This document shows, in pieces, positions 18,410 to 24,000 of a stretch of 24,000 bases of DNA; position 1 is the first letter of the stretch, and every line of letters starts with the position of its first letter. The position numbers were made by a program, and so were the translations under genes. Origin of the DNA: an uncultured Gemmatimonadaceae bacterium (lineage in GTDB: Bacteria > Gemmatimonadota > Gemmatimonadetes > Gemmatimonadales > Gemmatimonadaceae); the NCBI GenBank assembly GCA_964649855.1, contig CAZYTS010000023.1, forward strand, positions 1 through 24,000, given 5' to 3'. The notes beneath the pieces were generated by a model, which searched no databases, had not been told where the DNA came from, and saw nothing but the letters and a program-made list of their open reading frames with translations.

Positions 18410-19615
18410 GTGAGCGACCGCAGTCTCTTTACTTCCGAATCCGTCACTGAAGGGCATCCGGACAAAGTGGCCGATGCCATCTCCGATGCTGTTCTCGACG
18501 CTATTCTCGCCGACGATCCAGCTGCGCGGGTCGCCTGCGAAACCTTGGTGACCACTGGGTTGGCCGTCGTTGCCGGTGAAATCACAACTGAGACTTACGT
18601 CGACATTCCACGCATCGTGCGAAGCACGATAGAGCGCATCGGTTACACCAATGCTCTCTACGGCTTCGACGCAAACACCTGCGCGGTCGTGAGCAGCATC
18701 GACAAGCAGTCGCCCGACATCAAACAGGGTGTGGATACAGGTGGTGCCGGCGACCAGGGAATGATGTTCGGCTATGCAACCGATGAGACCGAAGAGCAGA
18801 TGCCTATGGCGATTGTCCTGGCGCATCGCCTCACCAAAGCGCTGGCCGCGGAACGCAAGTCGGGTAACCTTCGCTGGCTGCGTCCCGATGGAAAGGCACA
18901 GGTCACCGTTGCGTACGAAGGTGACAAGCCAGTTGCCGTTGAGACGGTTGTAGTGTCGACACAGCACGACGAGGACATCTCAAACGAGATGATCCGAAAG
19001 GCAGTAATCGCCGAAATCATTGAACCTGCCATTCCCGAACAATTGAGAACAAAGGCCCCGGTATACCACATCAATCCTACGGGTCGTTTTGTGGTTGGCG
19101 GTCCGTTGGGAGACGCCGGACTCACGGGGCGCAAAATTATTGTCGACACTTATGGCGGCATGGGACGCCACGGCGGCGGTGCATTCAGCGGTAAGGACCC
19201 CTCCAAGGTCGACCGATCGGCGTGCTACGCCGCGCGTTGGGTCGCCAAGAACGTGGTGGCAGCCGGGCTCGCACGCCGCTGCGAAGTACAGCTGGCATAC
19301 GCCATCGGCGTTGTCGAGCCGGTCTCGGTAATGGTGAACACCTTTGGGACCGGTTCGGTGAGCGACTCCGCGATTTCAAAGGCCATCCAGGAGGCCTTTG
19401 ACCTTACGCCCAAGGGAATCACCGGAGCTCTGGATTTACGCAAGCCCATCTATTCGCCAACGTCGTCTTACGGCCATTTTGGGCGTCCATCGGAACGACT
19501 GACCTATAGCCCGGTATCGAACAATGGAGCGGGGGGCGGTGGTAAGGTTGAGGGGACATCGTTCACCTGGGAGCGGCTGGACAAGGCGGAGGCTCTCAAA
19601 CGCGCCGTGCGTTAG
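18410..19615 (+). CDS. metK: S-adenosylmethionine synthetase
   Basis: GTG start. [105 protein letters not shown]. Confidence 0.97.
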   Translation: MSDRSLFTSESVTEGHPDKVADAISDAVLDAILADDPAARVACETLVTTGLAVVAGEITTETYVDIPRIVRSTIERIGYTNALYGFDANTCAVVSSIDKQSPDIKQGVDTGGAGDQGMMFGYATDETEEQMPMAIVLAHRLTKALAAERKSGNLRWLRPDGKAQVTVAYEGDKPVAVETVVVSTQHDEDISNEMIRKAVIAEIIEPAIPEQLRTKAPVYHINPTGRFVVGGPLGDAGLTGRKIIVDTYGGMGRHGGGAFSGKDPSKVDRSACYAARWVAKNVVAAGLARRCEVQLAYAIGVVEPVSVMVNTFGTGSVSDSAISKAIQEAFDLTPKGITGALDLRKPIYSPTSSYGHFGRPSERLTYSPVSNNGAGGGGKVEGTSFTWERLDKAEALKRAVR

Positions 19616-19643
19616 GCCGCGTTACTCAGCGAGGCGGTATTGA

Positions 19644-20183
19644 ATGGACCCACTGATTGAAGTCGCCGTTGCACGACTGGGGCTCGACGGTTCGACCAAC
19701 ACTTACGTGGTCATCCTTCGCGAGAGGGAGGGGGAGCGTATTCTGCCCATTTGGATCGGCCAGCCAGAGGCCGAGTCGATCCTTTTGGAGATGAATCAGG
19801 TTCGCAAGGAGCGGCCACTTACGCACGACCTCTGCAAGAGTCTCATAGTCGGACTCGGTGCGGAGTTGCAGCGCGTCAACATCACTAAAGTAGAAAACCG
19901 CACATACTTCGCAGAGCTGCTCCTGGTGCGCAACGGCGAGCAGTACCAGGTTGATGCGCGGCCGTCGGACAGCATTGCCATTGCGCTTCGTACGGAGTCT
20001 CCGGTATTCGCGGCCGAGTCTCTTCTTCTGGAGCCGCCAGATTCGGACGGAGAGGAGGACGAGCCCGAGGGGCTCGAGCCACCCTTTGAATCATCCCGCA
20101 GCACAGACGAGATGACCGCCGAACAGCTAAAGCAGTACCTCTCCGGCTTGCGACCCGAGGATTTTGGAAAGTTCAATCCCTGA
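19644..20183 (+). CDS. Bifunctional nuclease family (DUF151) protein
   Basis: VILREREGERILPIWIGQPEAESILLEMNQVRKERPLTHDLCKSLIVGLGAELQRVNITKVENRTYFAELLLVRNGEQYQVDARPSDSIAIALR is the diagnostic DUF151 pattern. Confidence 0.9.
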   Translation: MDPLIEVAVARLGLDGSTNTYVVILREREGERILPIWIGQPEAESILLEMNQVRKERPLTHDLCKSLIVGLGAELQRVNITKVENRTYFAELLLVRNGEQYQVDARPSDSIAIALRTESPVFAAESLLLEPPDSDGEEDEPEGLEPPFESSRSTDEMTAEQLKQYLSGLRPEDFGKFNP

Positions 20184-20193
20184 ACTTGCGTCC

Positions 20194-21348
20194 GTGTTGA
20201 CAAAGAAGCGCTGGTGTATAGCACTGCTGTTGTTGATGGTTTGTAGCTCAGCGCCCGGCTTTGCTCAGCGGTCGGAGCTTGTCGTTCGCGGCCACGTTGT
20301 CCGTCAGACGATGAATGGTCCGGTGCCGATGCCTCGGAGCCGCGTCACCCTTCACCGGATCGGGCAGGGCGAGTCAGGGCCGGTGGATTCGATCCTCACT
20401 GACCGCACGGGGGAGTTTGTCTTTAGCGTGAGTGCGGATTCGGCTTCAATGTACCTTGCCACCGCGCGCCACTCCGGAATCGCCTACTTTGCGCCGCCGA
20501 GCCGTTTGGGCGACGCAAACGGTGAATCCGAGATCGTTGTGTTTGACACGACCAGCGGCCCGCTCGCGGTGAGAGTATCAGGGAGACACCTTGTGGTGTC
20601 GGCGCCTAACGCGCGCGGTGATCGCGAGGTCGTTGAGGTCTACGAGATCCAGAACGATACCCTTGCCACTCTGGTCGCCTCGCCCCAAAAGCCGACATTT
20701 CGCGCGCGCATTCCAGATCGGGCGCTGAATCCGCGAGCTAACCAGGGTGATTTTACCGGGAGCTCGGTCCGCTTTTCACCCGGCGCCGTTGACGTGCTTG
20801 CTCCCATTGCTCCGGGAGTGAGGCAACTCGTTCTTGCCTACGATCTGGCCGCTCGGGACTTTCCAATGGAACTGGGGCTGGATGATTCGGCAAGCGTATT
20901 CGAGATACTTCTTGAGGAGTCGACTGGCAGGGTGGAAGGTGGCTCACTCGATTCGCGCGGTCCCGTGACGGTAGAAGGTCGGGTCTTTCAGCGCTTTACG
21001 GGGCGGGACGTTCCGGCCGGGATGTCATTCAGCATCATGGTTCCAACCCGAGCCGCATCTGCCGTACCGGTTTGGTTCCCAGGCCTGATTCTGGGACTTC
21101 TCTCGTTAGGTGGAGTGCTCTGGATGGCGCGACGACGGCCAAGACCCGTTGCGCTGGCTGCGGCTCCGGTTGCCGGAGGAGCTGGTGCATGGAACGCTGA
21201 TCAACTGCGCGAGGCGCTTGCCGGCGTCGACATCGCGCTCGCGTCTCGTGGCATCAACGACGCTGCGCGTCCCGCATTGCTGGAATATCGGGAGGAACTG
21301 CATGCCGCGCTCGAGCGTGAGCTTGCCGGAGGACCGCGCGCTACGTAG
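20194..21348 (+). CDS. Hypothetical secreted/membrane-anchored protein with an N-terminal carboxypeptidase-regulatory-like domain
   Basis: Likely GTG start at 20194: VLTKKRWCIALLLLMVCSSAPGFAQ (signal peptide); VVRGHVVRQTMNGPVPMPRSRVTLHRI...DSILTDRTGEFVFSV (transthyretin/CarboxypepD_reg-like); single TM PVWFPGLILGLLSLGGVLWMARRR followed by a cytosolic helix-rich tail. Confidence 0.7.
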   Translation: MLTKKRWCIALLLLMVCSSAPGFAQRSELVVRGHVVRQTMNGPVPMPRSRVTLHRIGQGESGPVDSILTDRTGEFVFSVSADSASMYLATARHSGIAYFAPPSRLGDANGESEIVVFDTTSGPLAVRVSGRHLVVSAPNARGDREVVEVYEIQNDTLATLVASPQKPTFRARIPDRALNPRANQGDFTGSSVRFSPGAVDVLAPIAPGVRQLVLAYDLAARDFPMELGLDDSASVFEILLEESTGRVEGGSLDSRGPVTVEGRVFQRFTGRDVPAGMSFSIMVPTRAASAVPVWFPGLILGLLSLGGVLWMARRRPRPVALAAAPVAGGAGAWNADQLREALAGVDIALASRGINDAARPALLEYREELHAALERELAGGPRAT

Positions 21349-21370
21349 CTTTAGCCGTACAACACGATCT

Positions 21371-21510
21371 GCGGATGGCGGATACGGAAGCCGGTTTCAG
21401 TCCGGCGCGGCCCCGCCACTGTAAGGGACAAGACGCGTCGTCAGGTTGCCACTGACAACTGTTGGGAAGGCGACGACGCGGTCCCGAGCCAGGAGACGAC
21501 CACCGTCCGC
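21371..21510 (+). promoter_or_regulatory. Cobalamin (AdoCbl-type) riboswitch
   Basis: GAAGCCGGTTTCAGTCCGGCGCGGCCCCGCCACTGTAAGGG ... GGGAAGG ... GTCCCGAGCCAGGAGACGACC (B12 box). P1 closes as GCGGATGG (21371-21378) with CCGTCCGC (21503-21510), one G.U pair. It sits upstream of B12-type ABC transporter genes. Confidence 0.93.
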
Positions 21511-21588
21511 GCCACCTTTATCGATCTTCGGGGGAAGGTCGGTGGGCCGCGGCCGCCGCCGCCTCCTGCGGACATCCCCAGTCTCAAG

Positions 21589-22494
21589 ATGTCCACTCTA
21601 CAAAAACTCATTGCGCTGCGCGTGCGCCTGCTCTCGACGGTCCTGGTCCTTTCAATAGCCGTTGTATTTGCTGCATGCGAACGACGCGGATCAACCGTTG
21701 CAGAACGAGTGGACTATTTCGGGAATCCCATTCCCAGCCTGAGCAATGTCGATCGCATCGTTTCGCTGGGCCCATCGTCAACTGAGATCCTCTACATGCT
21801 TGGCGCAGGCGATCGGATCGTTGGTCGTTCGCGCTGGGACACGTGGCCCGAAGAGGTAAAGGCCATTCCAGAGATCGGTGACGCGATCCGTCCGGGCATC
21901 GAGAAGATCCTGGAACTCAAGCCGCAGTTGGTAGTGCTTTATGCAGCGCAGGACAACCGCGAAGCCGCGGAGTTTCTAAGCCGTTCCGGGGTGAACGTGG
22001 TCTCATTGCGAATCGACAGGATCGAGGAGTACCTGAGCGCGGTTGAACTAATGGGTGAGCTCACAGATCACACTGAGCGTGCCGACTCGATCGTGCGGTC
22101 TTTGCGTTCCGAACTCGATTCAGTGAGAAGTTCTACAGAAGGGAGGCCAAGGCCAACAGTCTTCATGCCAGTGTGGGAGAACCCGCTGATGACGCTGGGC
22201 ATGGGCAGCTATCTCTCCGAACTCGTAGAGATCGCGGGGGGACGCAACGTTTACTCGGAGCGGCAGGAGCCCTCGTTTACGGTCTCCCTCGAAGACGTGA
22301 TCCAGCGCAATCCCGATGTGGTCCTTGTAACCCCTGCTTCTGCATCGCGAATTCTCAAAGACACCCAATGGCGCGCCCTCCGTGCCGTACGCGAAGGGCG
22401 CATGCTCACCTACGATACGCTTCTCGTATCGCAGCCATCGACACGCCTGGGGCGCGCAGCGCGTTTCCTGGCGGCACTGATCCACTCGCACTGA
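21589..22494 (+). CDS. btuF: Periplasmic substrate-binding lipoprotein of a cobalamin/iron-siderophore-type ABC transporter (BtuF-like)
   Basis: Lipobox ...SIAVVFAAC; VDRIVSLGPSSTEILYMLGAGDRIVGRSRWDTWPEEVKAIPEIGD, ILELKPQLVVLY. Preceded by a cobalamin riboswitch, which supports B12 specificity. Confidence 0.82.
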   Translation: MSTLQKLIALRVRLLSTVLVLSIAVVFAACERRGSTVAERVDYFGNPIPSLSNVDRIVSLGPSSTEILYMLGAGDRIVGRSRWDTWPEEVKAIPEIGDAIRPGIEKILELKPQLVVLYAAQDNREAAEFLSRSGVNVVSLRIDRIEEYLSAVELMGELTDHTERADSIVRSLRSELDSVRSSTEGRPRPTVFMPVWENPLMTLGMGSYLSELVEIAGGRNVYSERQEPSFTVSLEDVIQRNPDVVLVTPASASRILKDTQWRALRAVREGRMLTYDTLLVSQPSTRLGRAARFLAALIHSH

Positions 22495-23477
22495 TGAAGC
22501 TCCGCACGGCCCTTGCTCTCCTCTTCGTATTGCTGGCTGCGAGTATGCTGAGCCTGGCCATTGGCGCCGTGCCTCTATCGTTAGGCGAAGTCTGGACCGC
22601 GCTTACCGGATCGGCCGACGGTACCTCTTCAACCATCGTCCGTCAGCTACGACTGCCTCGCACGGTGCTCGGCGCATTGGTTGGCGCGGCATTGGGCGTG
22701 AGTGGGGCCACGCTGCAGACAACTCTGCGCAACCCGCTGGCAGAACCCTACTTGTTGGGTGTATCTGGCGGCGCGGCGGTTGGTGCGGTTGTGGCAACGG
22801 TGGCTGGCCTGACTGCGATCGGCGCCATATCTGTCTTTGCTTTTGCGGGGGCACTGGCCGCGGTGGCGGTGGTCCTGCTTTTGGCCGCAACAACGCGGAG
22901 GGGACGCGATCCTCTCACCCTCCTCATGGCGGGAGTAGTCACAGGAGCGTTCTGCAACGCCGTGATCATGGTTGCGCTGGCAAGAGCACCAGCCACGGCG
23001 CAACGTGGAGCGCTCTGGTGGATGATGGGTTCAATTGCAACAGCCGGATGGGACGACGTCGCCTGGCTTGCCGGTGCCGTGATCGTACTGGGTGGCACTC
23101 TCCTTCACCTTTCACGCCAGCTCGATGCCCTTGCTCTGGGCGCAGAGACCGCGGTGTCGTTAGGTGTTGATGCCGACGGCGCGGCCCGGCGGTTTTTTCT
23201 GGTGGCCTCACTTCTGGCAGCTGCCACCGTATCGACCGCAGGGCTCATTGGCTTTGCAGGGCTCATCGTTCCGCACATTGCCAGGGCAGTAACCGGGCGC
23301 GGCAGCACACGGGCCACTCTTGTCGCTGCGGCGCTTTTGGGCGCATCGCTTGTGCTTGCCTCAGACATAGCGGCCCGCTCCATAATGGCGCCGTCAGAAC
23401 TCCCGCTGGGCGCTGTAACCGCAATTCTTGGCGTTCCCTTTTTCCTCTGGCAACTCCGGCGCGGGGCCGTGCGATGA
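22494..23477 (+). CDS. btuC: FecCD/BtuC-family ABC transporter permease
   Basis: ATG at 22494 overlapping the btuF stop. LSLGEVWTALTG, IVRQLRLPRTVLGALVGAALGVSGATLQTTLRNPLAEPYLLGVSGGAAVGAV, LIGFAGLIVPHIARAVTG, LPLGAVTAILGVPFFLWQLRR. Confidence 0.9.
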   Translation: MKLRTALALLFVLLAASMLSLAIGAVPLSLGEVWTALTGSADGTSSTIVRQLRLPRTVLGALVGAALGVSGATLQTTLRNPLAEPYLLGVSGGAAVGAVVATVAGLTAIGAISVFAFAGALAAVAVVLLLAATTRRGRDPLTLLMAGVVTGAFCNAVIMVALARAPATAQRGALWWMMGSIATAGWDDVAWLAGAVIVLGGTLLHLSRQLDALALGAETAVSLGVDADGAARRFFLVASLLAAATVSTAGLIGFAGLIVPHIARAVTGRGSTRATLVAAALLGASLVLASDIAARSIMAPSELPLGAVTAILGVPFFLWQLRRGAVR

Positions 23478-24000
23478 TTCGCTACGAAGACGTCTCCATT
23501 CGCTACCCCGGCGCCGCGACCGACGCGATTGACTCGGTGTCGTTCCAGGCGCGCGCCGGACAGCTCACTGCAGTGGTTGGGCCAAATGGAAGCGGCAAGA
23601 CGACGATTGTGAGAGGGCTGCTTAGGCGACTTAGTCCGCGCGCCGGCCGGATCGTGGTCGCCGACAAATGGGTCGAGGATTGGCAGCGAACAGAACTCGC
23701 GCGTGAAATTGCCGTCGTTGTACAGCGAGAAGAACCCGTGTTTCCGATGAGCGTCGTCGACTACGTCACCCTGGGACGTCATCCTTTTCGGAGCGCGTGG
23801 TCCCCGTTAGGCACCGAGGACGGCAACGCCGTTGACGAGGCGCTGCAGCAGGCTGGAGTTACGTCGCTCGCGGATCGCACAACCGACGCGCTCTCCGGTG
23901 GGGAGTGGCAGCGCGTTCGCCTGGCACGTGCGCTGGCACAGCGTGCCCGCGCCTTGGTATTTGACGAGCCCACAACCTTTCTGGACATTGGCCACGAGAT
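23474..24000 (+). CDS. btuD: ABC transporter ATP-binding protein (BtuD/FecE-like), 3' truncated by window end
   Basis: ATG at 23474 (ATGA overlap with the permease). MIRYEDVSIRYPGAATDAIDSVSFQARAGQLTAVVGPNGSGKTTIVRGLLRRL (Walker A) ... TTDALSGGEWQRVRLARALAQRARALVFDEPTTFLDIGHE (signature, Walker B). Absent from the supplied ORF track. Confidence 0.92.
   Translation, partial: MIRYEDVSIRYPGAATDAIDSVSFQARAGQLTAVVGPNGSGKTTIVRGLLRRLSPRAGRIVVADKWVEDWQRTELAREIAVVVQREEPVFPMSVVDYVTLGRHPFRSAWSPLGTEDGNAVDEALQQAGVTSLADRTTDALSGGEWQRVRLARALAQRARALVFDEPTTFLDIGHE

Noticed and set aside
4658-19616. GTTAGGC heptamers matching the GTTRRRY core of integron attC sites
   Set aside because: They lie inside conserved housekeeping genes, lack the paired imperfect inverted repeats of attC, and no integrase or cassette structure is present.
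22173-22493. Fusion or extension upstream of the BtuC-like permease
   Set aside because: Open frame only by chance and overlapping btuF. The ATG at 22494 begins a typical FecCD signal/TM segment (MKLRTALALLFVLLAASMLSLAIG).
1-24000. CRISPR array, transposon, prophage, tRNA/rRNA or dedicated defence island
   Set aside because: No regularly spaced repeats, transposase, integrase, phage or toxin-antitoxin-like proteins and no rRNA/tRNA signatures were seen. The segment looks like core genome.

Overview
High-GC (about 60%, estimated by eye) bacterial chromosomal segment with every credible gene on the + strand and packed into overlapping operons. The gene set resembles Gemmatimonadota, but that is inference. 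Order: fbp (5' truncated) - stand-alone methylmalonyl-CoA-mutase-type large subunit - FmdB-like protein - argS - PfkB-family kinase - purM - predicted outer-membrane protein - ribD - ribE - ribBA - ribH - nusB - GT4 glycosyltransferase - HPF-like protein - hprK - mannose-class PTS EIIA/EIIB/EIIC/EIID - ptsH (HPr) - ptsI (EI) - metK - bifunctional-nuclease-family (DUF151) protein - membrane protein - cobalamin riboswitch - BtuF-like lipoprotein / BtuC-like permease / BtuD-like ATPase (3' truncated). I found no RNA gene, CRISPR array, prophage or transposon, and no obviously new defence or mobile system. Best leads: (1) octamer TCGTTAGG occurs 9 times where roughly 0.3 per strand is expected, mostly as in-frame TCG-TTA-GG but also through rare AGG and CTA codons in other frames, a Chi/KOPS-like pattern; (2) a plausible B12 riboswitch expression platform in which the P1 3' arm competes for a sequence that otherwise pairs with the btuF start codon; (3) two mutually exclusive GC-rich hairpins at the ribE-ribBA junction; (4) an FmdB homologue that has lost its zinc-ribbon cysteines; (5) a compact HprK-controlled mannose-class PTS.
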